In this document: positions 1-13,860 of the stretch, one piece after another
How positions within the stretch are numbered: position 1 is the stretch's first letter
How the letters are laid out: every line of letters starts with the position of its first letter
Source: Leidyana gryllorum EB-2025a
Taxonomy: Eukaryota > Protista > Apicomplexa
Assembly (NCBI GenBank): GCA_048772705.1
Contig: JBLWGC010000043.1
Span: forward strand, 248,001-312,000
DNA length: 64,000 nucleotides
Direction of reading: 5' to 3'
The notes under the pieces: generated by a model
The model's database searches: none
What the model saw: the letters and a program-made list of their open reading frames with translations, nothing else
Told to the model about the DNA's origin: nothing
Made by a program: the position numbers and the translations under genes

Positions 1-3000
1 TACCCGATAATGATTGTAATCCTTCTGATTGGGAGAATGAACAGCAGACAAACTTTGCTGCTTCTAATTCGGGAGGTGACTCCGACTCGCTGTTGAGCGA
101 TTTCGGAGTAAGCGAGTCGCATCAGCACGTCCGCCACGCCCGATGGTTGATGTGGCTGATCTGCGTACTCCTGATATGCGATTTTGTTATTGCTCTCACT
201 GACTTGAGCGTTTCTACTCGTCTGGTTGACGGAAATGCGCATTATCATTTCGGGGTAGGTGACAAAGAGCCGCATTGCCCTCAGTGCACCCCATGTCTCC
301 CCTGCGTGAGAGCCCACTGCGCCGTTTTAACCGCCAAACCTTCGACTTTATGACTCATCGACTTTTCACAATTGCTGCAGCACGTACTTTTGACACACGT
401 TCACGATCACCGCTTGTTATCGAGAGCTTGTAGCCTAACCTACCAAGCAGCAGAGCTGGACGGCGCTTGCCCTGTGGAAAGATCCCTAGCACAGGCTGTA
501 AGTCCGAAGTGGTCGATTGGTTATAACGTAGATTTCAGCTTCGCAGTCGATTGGGCACGCTGCTCAGGCGGTCGTTGGAGCTGGGATCTTATACCGAAAA
601 GATTTCGGAGAAGCGGTGGGGTGTCTCGGGGTTGTGGCTGTCGCAAGTCACCCACTTGTGCTCGTTCCTGTTCCTGGATGACACTATGACTCGATGCAAG
701 CGCATGGTACGAGCTCCACAGCAGATCAGTATTCCTCAAGCTCAAACCATCACAATGGACTGGCGACAGTCGTGTCGAGTGTGGTTGGAATTGGTACGAT
801 GTCCACTGTGGTTGGGTGCAGAGCTGGAGGGACGGTTTCCGGCTTTTCGGCGTTTGGCCGACGCGCTGAGCTCTGCAACAACGCAACTTACATTGTTGAG
901 ATTAATTCGATTGTCTTTCTCTACCATCTCTGCCGCGTTTGGGCTTCCCGGATTGCCCAGCAAGGGAGCTCAACTTCTCCTCAAGTTCCGCCGGTCGATG
1001 CAGAGTGTTGGTGAGATATCGGCCCGCGACTTACTGACCGGGGATGTACTCGGATTGCAGTGCTGTTATGCACTGGCGCGCGCAGGCGTTCATTTGGCAT
1101 TGCGTGAGAAGAGTTTTAAGCTTAACACGTTGTTCGCGGAAGAGTCAGATGACTCTCTTCGTTTCCGATCACTGAGATGTGTACAGCGTTTAGCTCGCAT
1201 GGGAAAGCGGATTGCAGAGAGCGGTTTGGGATTCCAAACCTGTGATGTGGAAGCGCTGAGGAGCAGGCGAGGGAAGATTCCAAGAATGACACTGTACTTG
1301 TCCGACACTATTGATGAGTGGTTATTATACGACACCATCACGCGAGGAGCCGCTTTACCCACTTTGATGGACGCTACCAGCGCCAAGAAGACGGTGATGG
1401 CTCGGTCGCGACCTCGGTCCCGGGGGCTTCAATTGGACGACGAAGTGCTCGTGGCGGTGGCTCGGCAAGCTGATCGCCAAGCCTCGGAAATACCATTGAG
1501 TCAAGCGCTGCAGCATTGTCTGCAGCTGGAGTTGGAGTCTCTCATAGCCTCCATCCAAGAAGGTGCTTCGTATTATTCAGCCGTGTGGCGAGCACCGCGT
1601 GCCAATTGCACATATGTGAAACGTGATCGATATGTGATCAACACCGTTGGCTATTATCTCCTACCCTTGTGTGTAGTCCCTCACCAACACGGGTTTCCGC
1701 CCCGCAGCTGTTGGGCGAGTCACTTGTATGACCAAATAGGTCCAGCAGCGAATGAAATCGCTATGTCAAGCGGCGGCTTTTATCGTGGGCTTTCCACACT
1801 TTCAGTAAAATTAGATCCATCTGCGAATGATGAGACAGACCAAGATCGCCGGACCCTTAGCCGGAGTTCTGCTGACATGGATGCTGCCTCTCTCGACTCT
1901 CTTTCCTCGCTGGGCAACTCGCGAAGTGTGGCATCGCGAGCTTTCACTGAACTACTGCAACGATCCAAACGCCCCTCGACCTTGAGCGATGTGCGGGGAC
2001 CGCCACCAACCGAATCCTCAGACTCTGATGGGTCTCTCTCATCAGCGTCTGCCGACACTGCTGCTGCACCTCCCTGTCCCCACTTCAAGCGTCCGTTGCG
2101 GGGGGAGCGACCGTGGGATGCCCCGCGAGCTTGGACGTTCCGAAGAGCTTTCTTCTTCTGGAGCGCATTGGGCGCTAAGATGTCTCGTTTTGCGATTACT
2201 AATTTGTTTAGACAAGAGGGCGCAACATGCCATGGAGCCTGTCATCCAATGACCTCTTCAATCACCCCAACCCTCGGTCGTCTGTACGTTGAGAACAAGG
2301 TGACAACTCCGGCTGCCAGGTCGGTGATCGTATCCCACCTGTATGCCATGGTAGATGACCTGATCAAGACATCTGGAGTGGCCCGAGAAGTACCATCTCA
2401 GGTTGGAGATGCTCAATGGGAGCCCGTCTTGGACAAAAGAGGCTGGTAATCATCAATCGTATTGAGATATGGAATACTTGTATCGCGACTCCTGATGTCC
2501 TTCTTCTGCATATGCTGCCGCAATCTGCTTTGCGCTTCATTTTTCCGGTGTGTCGCAGGGATTGGGATGCTATCCTCAAACTGGCGAGTTGCGTTTTGGT
2601 AGTTGGGTTTGAAGACTTGCGTGATCGGCCATCCGTGTTTGCGATGGCAACTGCGCTCTTGGAGTGAGTCTCAGACGAAGATTGTTCCTTCTCCATTTCA
2701 AACTTTGTGTAGCTACTATTCAGTGAGTGGCAATCGATCTGCCACACTCGAAAGGAAGCCCTCTCGTTGTGACACTTGTGTGGCAGTAACAGAGGGCAAC
2801 TTTTTGTATCCCTCGCTTGTGTCGGTGTTCCTTATCCGTTTGGCGCTGGAGTCAGTTTCCAATCGTACCCATGCTGCCAAATCAGACAGCCCACTGGACC
2901 AGTTGTTGGAGGGCTTGTTGCGTCGATCTCGTAATGGAATGATGAAGTCCTTGACACTTCTCGGAGAAGTAGAGCCGTTTGACCATCGGCGTTTTGCTGG

Positions 3001-6000
3001 ATCACTGTGTATGATGGTGCACATGTTATCGATCCCTGATTCTCTATTCTCTCCCACAGTCCAGCATCTCCTGCTTCGGCTGGCGTCTCGCGTGGAAATG
3101 ATGAGAATCCCCGAGTTGCGACAGTTTGTAACCATCCTCTCCCCTGGAGCAGTGCCTGGCCATTTCGAGACCCTGCTTTCTTTACTGCAGACGGAGGACC
3201 CTTTGAAAGCTTATGCTATTCTCTCCACAGTGGGTACGTCCTTCACGTATCCCAGCAACCACGGAGGCTGGTGCTGTGAGAAAGCACTGAATACCTTCTT
3301 GATTGTGTTACTTGACCTCCGACATCGGTTCCTGTCGCAAAAGTATGAGAATCCGGGGGAGAAGGCCGTCATAAAAGCCGAATGGACCTCTCGGTTGTCA
3401 GAACGACCTGATTTGAACTTTTCTTTGGAGCTATTATTTGATACCGTAGATCGTGCACTATTCGTCCTTGGTTCAACGTTGAAAGTACTTCCCTGGGACA
3501 CCCTACTGGAGCATAGACGCACATCTGATGGAGCTGCTTCTTACAAGTCCAACTTCACTACTGAACGAGTCCCTTTCGCCGATCTGTGGGCCGGGAAAGG
3601 GAACTCGTTGTGTCCCCCGAGTCTGCGCTGGCTCGTTATGGCAAGAGCCATGGATGTCTACAGCCTGGATGAAGTCCGACACACCCTGTCGGAGTGGTTG
3701 ATGCAGCTGCCAGGTGACAAGTTACCAGCAGGATGCCCGGTTTCCCTGCGAGCCGAGACGTTCTCGTTATTGGTTCCGATGGCTTTGAATCACTCCGATC
3801 TATACGAAACGACAGGAATACAGTTTCAAAGCGGATTGGGCTTCGGCAACGCTTCGGTATTGAGCAAAGACAGGGCAATGGCCCGGGCAGTGGTGGTGGC
3901 GCCTCCCACTGCCGCACGATTGGGCTCACAGTCCCGATCTCGACCGGCTCGAGTGAATCTGAAGATCAAGGTACGCCATAAGGCGCTGGCGGGATTGCCG
4001 TCTCAATTGTGGAACATCAACGATATTAGTGACGTTCCAACTCACTCTCTTCCGTTCTATCTTCATGTCAAGATTGGCGCAGGATCGACTCATTTTGTTC
4101 CCCTGTTTCTCCGGCCTTTGGAAATTGGGCCGGATCTCCTCAATGATATGGCTGTCGCTCCCTGCCCCGTGGATCTGACAGCCTCCATTTTCCCATCTTC
4201 ACAACCGCCCGACATCACCCTCGTGCCAGACTGCTCCCCCGCGGCGCGGGCTAAGCTTTTTGCGGTCTCTACATCCTTATCACATTGGCTCGCATCGGAT
4301 TTTCGAAATGGCATTGCGATGACAAGCCCGATAGGCAATTGGGCCAGAGACCAATTAGTCCATCATATTGATAGTACCAGTGAATGGTGCGTAACGCTTA
4401 TCCTCCCCTATCGCTCCACTGGTCTAACCCAATCCTTAGGTACACTGCAGTCGGAGTCCTCCCCGAACCTCTGCGAGACGTTCGGTCATTTACTCCGACA
4501 ACGAAGATCAGATGTTGTTTGGCTATCCACACGCACAGTCAGTACACAATGAACGGTCACGACCCCATGGCCCCTTCCACTGTGCTCTATCTGAATAACT
4601 ATGGTGAACTGAGCAACTCTCCTTCTTGGCAAATAGACACCTCTGGGGTGAGGAGACGGCGCTTGGAAGTCCCCATTTTGTTGTGTGAATTCTCAGGAGC
4701 TCTGCAAGAAATGGAACGAAACGGGCCATCGATATGAGTCACGTTGCGAGATTCAGTTTCCAGACTGCCGTGAGTTTGACTTACCGACAATGTCTCCCCA
4801 CTTAACACCCAACAACAACAGAGTACTCTTATATATGTGTGGCTTCTACTGCGAACCCCGGGTCATTCGATCTCATTGCTATATCCTTCTTATATCGAGC
4901 TGTTTGGCTGGCAAATGAGGGCGAAGAGCAATGGTTGGCTCCTCGGATATTGAAGCTCAAGATGAAAAGGGCTCGTCTTCGAAGGAAATTCAGGTGAGTT
5001 TGAAAGTGGTGGTTTCCACCTGGTCTCACCTCACCTCACTAACTGCTCCCTCCCCTTGGACAGGCGGAGCACTGGCGATTTACAGGGTTGTGGGACTGCT
5101 GCCAGCCCTGACATGTATGTGCAGGTTTTGGATAGACTCAGCAAATATGGAGTGTCTTGTGACCGCCCTCAGCCTTGGTTGCCACCAACTCGCCGATTCT
5201 CTCCCAATTCTAACGGGAGCATTCTCGCGCATCTAACGAAATCTGCAGTTGGACGGGAATTCGTTATCAAAGATCTCCGATGCCTTGTGCGCGAAAAGAC
5301 CCACCTGCTGCAACATCCCGCAATTCTGCGGCGCCTATTCGGCGCGGCTGTTGAATTAGGCGGTGGCTGGGATCCCAAGTGTAAGCCCATACCAACTGCT
5401 TTCATACCATTGCACCTTCGCAGCTCAATGCCTGTCAATGCTGGGTCTGACAGTTGGGCCCTTGGAACGGGGTGCAGATCCAACTACCGAAGTAGCCCTC
5501 TCCTTTCTGCGGGACCCTCGAGACCATTTGGAGAATCACAACAATAGAGCGCCTTCTCCGTCCAAGACACTGTATAAGGCGTCTCCAGAGTTGTCAAACC
5601 CATTTGCCCATATCTCCGTGCCATCGAAATCTTCGCCAGAAGATCTGTTGACAAACTGGAGCGCAGACTCTGTCTGGCGCAAGTTCAAGATCCTGACCGA
5701 ATATCCGCGTACCGCTCTGGAACTCTTCCGTAAATGTATGGATCGAGGGCCGAGTCGACGAGAAGGAAATGACGTTCCCTCCCCCGACAAAGATTCAACG
5801 ACGACGGCGACAATGGAATGTGTTGATGAGATGGCTGTATTTAATCAGTGGGAAGGAAACATTGGACCGTGGCTTTCGCATGTCGCAAGTCAACAAATGG
5901 AGTTTTTGTGCAGCAAGCCGATTGTTCGGGAACTCCGTGTGGAGCTGACTGACTGCTGGGTTCAGAAGCTTGAGTGCGATGCATTCTCCTTCACCGAGGA

Positions 6001-6432
6001 GCATCTGGAGATCGTACGGCTGGTAAGCAGATCGATATGGCGGTAAAAAACACTAGTTGGCTTTAGGTGAGTGAACTGCGTAACAATGTTCTCAAGGGAA
6101 CACGTGGTTTGACTGAGAAACTGAAAGCCGCCACGTAAGTATGTTCTTATTTGGAATGTAGTGTGCAGTCAGAAGCGGAAAGGATCGACTATTTAGCTCC
6201 GTTGAGCTGGCGTGGCGTTGTGTGAAGCTCATTGAGCTCTACCACTACGACCAACAGACAACGTAAGGCTGCGGGTGACATCAGACCACAAGTTTGGCGG
6301 TGCAGGCGGACGATAGTGCAGCTATTAAAAGGCCATAAGTTTGCTCCGGGGACTGTCCGCTCTTCTTTCCATGACCGATGCGCACTTTGGGATACGTTGG
6401 AGCTAGGATGGACAGTTTACAACTCGACCTAG
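1..6432 (+). CDS. Giant uncharacterised multi-exon protein, family paralogue 1 (5'-partial; start lies before the window)
   Basis: ORF pieces at 93-353, 551-2449, 2603-4387, 4440-4700, 5056-6022 and 6067-6432 are joined by GT-AG introns (e.g. 4388-4439, 6023-6066). They carry, in order, the family motifs RHARWLMW, DWRQS..VWLELVRCP, GDVLGLQCCYALARAG, YVINTVGYY, LSPG..GHFE, LRAETFSL, HP.ILRRLFGAAVELGGGWD, FTEEHLEIVRL, SVELAWR and LWDTLELGW. TAG at 6430-6432. Confidence 0.85.
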
Positions 6433-6440
6433 AAAATTAT

Positions 6441-9400
6441 ATGTCAGGCAGAGGGTGGCGGATAGAAAGCCTTGTACTGGGATGTCTGGCACGAGTGGAT
6501 CAAGTTGCCCAAACACCGCAGGACTCAAAAAGCCGAGCTTCCATACAGTCCCTCTGGCGGGCTCTCAGAGCACTGCTCCATGCGTGTGACGCTCCCGGGC
6601 TGGTGCTCTTCCATCTAACATATCGGAGTCAGATCGTGATTCCCGAGCATGTTCTTTTTAGAACCTCCCCATTGGCCCTCGTCTCCTGGCTCTACTTCAC
6701 CTTGCGAGTCAGCGCCGTCCCACTTATGGACGCTGAGCGACAAGTCATCTTACAGTGCCTAGCTAGAGTGTGGTCGCGCTCCTTTATGGGGGCTCTACGC
6801 AACGAGTTGCATACCTTAACACTGTCGTACAGCATGAACACTAGCTTGCAATGCCATTTTGACCAGATCACGAGACCGCTCTGGAGGGAGATTGAAGACG
6901 ATGCGGGCTCCCAAGCCCTTCCGAACCTGAAATGGGGAGATTCCTTAGCAACTGAGTCCCGATTGGAATGCTTGGGTAACACCTCCAGTATCTATTCTTT
7001 TTTGGCTGCGGTGCGAGGAATACTGGCGCTGTATCTAGCTCAGTTGAGCACCCTCATTGGGATCGCTCAAGGTGCTGCTGAGGCTCCAATCAGATCCTCA
7101 CATACCTCCTCCATTTTGGCCCGTGAAGCAAACCTGGTCGCCGCGACGTCCCTGAAAAGCGTCTTGAGACTCGCTCGACTGGTAGCATATCCTTTCATGG
7201 AGCTGACGATCATGGCCAATGGCACGGCAGTACGAATGGCAGATATTGATCATTCAGCGGACGAATTATCCTATGACGAGCTTGACTCCTATCACTCGTG
7301 TGCGCGAGAACCCTTATATCGATCCCAATTCATGCATAGCCGTAGAGCCTCCAACAATCTGCTCAGCTCCACTGAACATCTCGACATGTCGGAGGAAAGT
7401 ACCTCTTGTTCATTTGAGACTCAGTCGACAGACTCTGCGTCAATCCCAGATGAGCGACTTGAGCTCCTCAAGTTCTATCGCCACTATCGCCACGCTCATG
7501 TAACAATATGGGTACTTACCGCCATTTACACCGTAGATTTCGTTAGTATGCTTTCCTCCAACTGCGTGAGGAGAGGAGTCGGCTCGTTGGAACCCGTCGC
7601 TGAGATCGACTCTCCTCGTCACAATGGTGCTCACTCGGCAGGCAAACAGCTGGTGGTGAGTTCCGCCTCTGCCGGCATCAATACACAACAACCCCATAGG
7701 CTTACTGCAAGGACCTGATCTATGATGTTGGGCTCCTGCGACATTGTGTGGCACTACATCACCACACCGACTGTCTCACTTGGTCTTGTGCGACCGAACG
7801 GAATCTTTGTATGCGGGTAAGAACCGTGTCTCAGTGTTTGCGTGATCCGACCAAATATCATATGTGCTCCATTGTACTGCTTACCGCTTTTGTAGATTCG
7901 TCCTCGCTTGGGCGGCCTCATCAGGAACTGTCTTGAGCTTGGTTTCTGCCTAGACGCGCAAATTAGCCCAACTGTCACAGGCTTGTGGCGAAGTCAAATA
8001 CACGCACTCAGCGCTTTTCTATTTCTTGACGACTCTTTAACAACCCTACGACGCGTTCCGTTCAGGTCGATGGACGATGAACTCCGGAAGACTACTGACT
8101 GGCGGCAGTCTGCTGCTGTCTGGTTCGAATTGATCCGGACGCCTGTGTGGTTATCTCACGAACTGCGTGACCAAGTTCCAGGTGAGCTAGAGTGACATAG
8201 ATGGTTGGATTACAAAAGTGGGGCCCAGGACGAGTATCGATCTTGTCCTGATTCATTCCACTACACGTGACATGTCCCATTGATGCCGCAGGATTTCGAG
8301 AATTCGGCGAAGCTATCATGTGCAGTCGATCGGTGCTGACTTTACTGCGACTAGTACGGCTTCTCTTAAGCACCATAAGCGTTTCCTTCGGTTTGCTGGA
8401 GATGCCTTCGAATGTGACGAGTGCTTTTGATTTGCTACGCCGCCGCCTTTGCGGCATCGACAATCCTTTGCCGACTTATCTGACTCTAGGAGATGTCTTT
8501 GGTCTCCAATGTTGCTACGCTATGGCTCGAGCCAAAATACATATAGCCCTCAGAGGTACAGCACTTTTGATCTCGAACTTCGTTTCACTTACTCTGCGGA
8601 CATTTAGACAAGTCGCTGAACCTGGACCTGGCAGACGATGTCGTTTCCTGCCATAAGGGTTTGCGCGCGGTCCAACAGATCACGTGTCGCGTTCAGCGCG
8701 CCTTGCGTTTGAAGGTTGGTGGCAGAGCTTGGCGCTCACGTATCACGAATTTGCCCGAGAAATCCATAACAGGGCACGGAAGAAATGACTACTCTGTACC
8801 GCGTCTGTCGATATTTGTGGTTAACACGAAGGACGAATGGTTGTTGGCCAATCCGCGCAGTCAGTTGACAGCGGCAGTCGAGCCAAGTCTTTATCAGGTG
8901 GCCAGATACTGTCTTCGGCTTGAATTAGAGAGTGCGATCAGTTACATTCAAGAAGGGGCTACATATTATTCGAAGATATGGAAGGTGAGACACAAAATTC
9001 TACAGATGCTCCTCTATTGATGCCTGTCATCCCTCATAGGTACCGAGGCCTGGCTTCACATGTGTCAATGCTTCGATCGCTCAGCGATATCCAGTCAACA
9101 CTATTGGATACTATATGCTTCCGCTGTGCGACTCGAAGTGGGCCCCGGCGGGATTTGTCGCGGGTACGAACTCTCCAGTTTCAGGGGACTCGTCTCAGGT
9201 CTCAAGGACGTACTCGGTGGGAGCGTCCAGTGTGAGTTCGGCGCAGAAACCACACGGCTCCTGGTCGAACGACACTCGGGGAATGGATGTGTTGTCGAAC
9301 GATGTCGTGCTCTGCTCGAACTACTATCTTTATTGGAGCTCTCAGACTTACCACAATTATTCTCATCTTGCCTTCAACATTGGAGCGACACAAATCACGC

Positions 9401-12400
9401 CTTTGTTCGGACTCACCGATGACCCGCCTACTAAGAATCATTCTAATGAGACTGGGCGTAACCCGTCGAACGACTCCGAACCAGGGATTACGAAGAAACT
9501 TGAAGGTGATCGGAGTGCGTCTTATACCAGGTTGGATGGGAGCGGGAGCAGTTCTACAACCCGCGTGACTTTGACCACCAATATCTACAAGACTTTGTCT
9601 GCATCTCTGAATCGTAGCGACTCTTACCGAAACGATCTATCAAAGATTGTCGAAAGCATGTTTAACAGATCGGCTCCGGAGTGGTGGACCTCCGATCACG
9701 AGCCGTGGACCTCTGGGGGAAAGGTTTGGTCCATGAGGCGTACCTTCCAGTTTTGGAGCGCTCTGGTGGCTCGACTGAGTCGAGCAGCCATTCACTCGTT
9801 TGTGCAACGCGATGCAGTCCTGTGGAAAGGACGCTGTCATCCAATGCTCGCTGCGCTCCACCCTGAATTGGGTCGAGTGTACGTGGAAAGTCGTCTCTTG
9901 CCTGGTCGGGAGACACGAAGGGCACACGAACTGGCAATACAGGACGTTGTAGAGCAAATCTTGCTGCGCAGTGGGACCGTCAGGAAGGATCAAACGACCG
10001 GAAAGTGGTTTCCAGTAACGAAGGGTAAAAGTATGTGGGACTGGGAGAGTATTCTGAGTATCAGCACGATAGTGCTGTCATGTGGGTTGGATACGCTGCG
10101 AGACGCACAATGTCTTGATGCTTTTGCTGAGTCCATGTCTCACTATTACGGTGTTGACAGTGAGCACATAGACCGGTATCAGGCACGACGGCAATCTCGA
10201 GTGGTGCTAAGCTCATCATTGATCACAGAGATGAATTTCTGCTATCCAGCATTCGTCGCGGTCTTTCTGCTCCAAGTTGCTCTGGTCAACGAAGAAATGA
10301 GACAGCCTGGAGTTGAGGAGAGCAAATTTGAGCAGATAATGCATCGAACTTTGACTTTGCTGAAGGAATACGTGATAAAGTATCTGACAGAGATCTCGGA
10401 GGACGCTAGCATCACTTCTGAGATTATGTGTGCTAAGTTCCGAAGTTTGAGTTGCCTCCTCGGCCATTTGAATTCATCCGCTGCTGGCGAAGTACAGTGA
10501 GTGACGCAATGTGATTCCCTCTGCAAAGTGACACAGAGTCATAGGAATGCGAAAACGCAATCCATCTTGCTCAAGATTGCCAAATGCTCTGATAAGCTGG
10601 ACATGCTCACTCTTAAAACACTGCTTGATGCAATTAATCCTGGAGCAGATGCGAGTCACTATGATGTGCTTGAACAGGTGCGTCGATGAGCAGCAGCACT
10701 GATGGTCTCACTTCCTTCCGCCTCCTCAGTTACTCAGCACTCGCGACCCGCTACGTGCCTTTGTTGTACTGGTCAGTATAGCTAACGCATGTCGGGATCG
10801 GCATATAGAATGCGGTGGATGGGGAAATAATGTCACACTTCTGCATCCTCGATATCTGATGACTCTTATCCGGTTACAGGAGCGATTTGGCCATACACCA
10901 ACCGACGCTGCATCCCCTTCCTACAGGCTCGGCCGCGCTCTCCTGGCAGACATCTTGGACGCCCAGCTACACACACTTTCTTCGCGGACGAGTGCGAGTC
11001 GTTCTCACACAGTTTTTGAGTCTCACGGCTCCTGGACCAAATCGTTCCGCAAGAGTTGGAATGGGTGTCCCGGTCGAGGGAATTGGGCCTACCGCCTCCG
11101 ACTGCTTCGTGAGGCGGATTCCTTCGATCCTGAGGAGGTGATTGAAGTGCTGGAGGAGTGGATGGGGGGCTTCCCGGAGGGCGACCTTCCGTCCAATGCA
11201 CCAGTGGCTTTGCGGGGAGAGACCTTTACTCTTTTCGCTCCCCTCGCATGGCACTGGGCTGCCAGACGGACGAACCACAACGTTGAGTATCAGGTGAGCG
11301 CCGTGAAATGGGTCTCTCATCATTGTTCTCGCCGCGACATCCTCAGGTGGGATTCCTTCTTCCTGATGTGGAGTTGCTGAGGAGTGAGGCAAGATCAGTC
11401 AGAGCGTCCATCACATGCCGGTCTCGAGCGCTTCTGACGCGGAACAGTCGGTGTGCCCGCAAAGCGGAGCGGATCTCTCGTACACCTGTGACCATTCGCG
11501 TCCGCAGAAGCCGACTGCGGGGCATTGCTCAGCGGATGTGGAAAATCACCGACTTTGTGGACGTGCATCCCTACAACATCCCCCTGTGTCTCCATCTGCG
11601 CGTGGGGAAGGAGCCGGAACAAGTCATTCCTTTGACAGTGCGACCATTCGCGGTCCCGCCTGATTCGCTTGTAGATCTGTATTGGGACATTCCGCAGCAT
11701 CAGTAAGTTGTTGGGCGTTTGGCTTCCAATCTCGAAGTAGTCTGACTGCGGAGCACTTATTCTGGCCGTCAGTGTTCGACTGTGCTATTGACGTGACCGG
11801 AAATGACGTGAAGCAACCTCAAAGATTCATCACACTTAGTTATATCAGTCAGTGGTTGGACCGACGAGTTTTGCCAGTTATCAACCCTGACGAAGCCGCA
11901 TTAGATTGGCACGATGAGTATCACAATCGGCAGAGTTCATCATTGTGGTAAGTCCGTCCGACTTTACCAAGATGCACTCACTCTTCAGGCTCTCTTGTGT
12001 GGGTGTGCCTTCCAAGCCACTCAAGAAGTTGCAGGATTACCCGGACGAGACTATCGTCCGCTGCTGTTTGTCCATTCACACATTGCAGCAGTACTCCCAC
12101 GAGGGGTACTCTTCCGGCGCTGCTTCCGCATACTTATACATTAATGAGTATGGACAAATGACTGAGCGCGCTGCTTGGCAACGGACTTCCATTGCGGTGA
12201 GCACGGCCAGGGATGATGGCTGCTGAAAACGTTGAGACAGACACTGAAGAATCTGTACAGAGAGACGCCAAAGTCTGGGAACGGCTACAAGCTTTTGCGC
12301 CACCCACAATCTCGTAAGCTGGCCTGGGCGTCTTATTCGTTGAAATCCTTCAGAATATACTTACATCCTGGGGGAGGCGAGCTCGGCGAATGAGAGTTCC

Positions 12401-13844
12401 ATTATTGGTATCTCTTTCATCTTCCGGGCCTACGCATTCCAGAGCGATGCGGAAATTCGATGTGTAGCTAGCGAGATATCTCATCTGAAGATGGCGCGAC
12501 GGCGGGCGAGACGAGCTCGCCGATCTCGACCGCAAGTCAGAGATGCTGTCAGCGTGCCCACAAACTTGGCAGCCTTACTGGATCACATACATTGTGAGGG
12601 ACTCTGGATGAGACAATCAGCGGAGGTGTGGACTCCACTGACGCGAACTTACAGTCCTCGGGCCCCCGGCAGCCTTCTACTTCCGATAGCCGAGTCCATC
12701 GTGGGACGTCGTTGGCTGACCTCGGAGCTCGACAAGTTGACTACTCCGCAAAATCACATTCTCCTCAAGCACCCCGGGGTGTCCAGCCGCTTACTGGGAA
12801 TGGCATTAGAGCTCAAAGGCTATTGGAATCCCTCAGGTGAGTCTCGGTGACTATTGGGACGTTGTGACACTTGGAACCCTCAGAACGCCGAGTTACCATC
12901 TTCGGAAGACATTTCGGCCCTCTGGCTCCCACAGTGGACCCCGGAGGTCAAATTGCGTTGCAATTCTTCGGAGACGTGAGTGTTCGAAGGGAGTGTGTGG
13001 TCAGGTGTGCATCGTTTTGCTTTTATAGGCCTCCTCGGTGGTGCCGGATTACACTGACTTTATAACCATCGGCGCGTTCGATCCACCTACTCTTGAAAAT
13101 CGATATACCAACGAGCTGAGCGAACGGTGAGATCTATTGCTTCTGAGAGGGCGCCTTGAGATCAATGTTTGCAGGCGGAGGTTGTTGGTGGAGCACCCGT
13201 CGTCTTTTCTGGACCTGTGTATGTTCACCGAAAAAGCCGACAGCTCGTCGGAGTCTAATGGCGAGCATCGCGAGGATCGAGGGTCACGGGGTATCAAGGG
13301 GGGCGGTGCAGGCCAGATAGGAGGGTCATTCCAGTTGGGAAGCAAACGGCGGCGTCCGCCTCGGATTATGTGTCATAACAGGCGGGGGCTGGCGAGGAAG
13401 ATGAGTTGTCCGTCGCTTTCGTTCACTGAGGACCACTTGCGGGTGGTGAAACTGGTAGGTGGTAGTCGAGATCTGTGTGATCTTTACGGTGGAGGCAGAT
13501 CGCCACAATGCGTAACGCGGTTCTCTCCAAACTGCGGAAACTCTCAGAGCTGCTGCATAGCTGGGTGGAGCGGTGGCCCGCCCTGTTCATGTCTGTTGAG
13601 TTGGGATGGCGAGTAACGAAATTGTTAGAACTGCGGGAGCATGATCATGAGGTTGGGTGAGTATTTGTTGGTGTTGTTGTTGTTGTCAATCAGCTTCTGA
13701 AGCCGTCTGTGGCATGCCATCACTCTGGACATTGACTGGGCGTGTGCGAGCCTTTGCACTTCCTACCAGGAGCGCTGTACATTATATGACACTCTGGAGT
13801 GGGGTTGGACACTCCTAGAGGAGAGCAACGATCATAAAAGATAA
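6441..13844 (+). CDS. Giant uncharacterised multi-exon protein, family paralogue 2
   Basis: ATG at 6441 (MSGRGWRIESLVLGCL; upstream in-frame ATGs at 6378 and 6408 overlap paralogue 1). Same motif order: LARVWS, DWRQSAAVWFELIRTP, GLQCCYAMARA, YPVNTIGYYMLPLCD, LRGETFTL, HPGVSSRLLGMALEL, SVELGWR, LYDTLEWGW. TAA at 13842-13844. Many short introns (e.g. 8985-9039). Confidence 0.85.
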
Positions 13845-13860
13845 GACGGATTTTTTTGTC

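Noticed and set aside
6378-6441. Programmed frameshift or read-through fusing tandem paralogues into a polyprotein (the downstream frame is open across the upstream stop here, at 13819-13861 and at 43961-43847)
   Set aside because: The required shifts are inconsistent (-1, +1, +1), no shared slippery site precedes the stops, and each unit has its own ATG at a homologous position.
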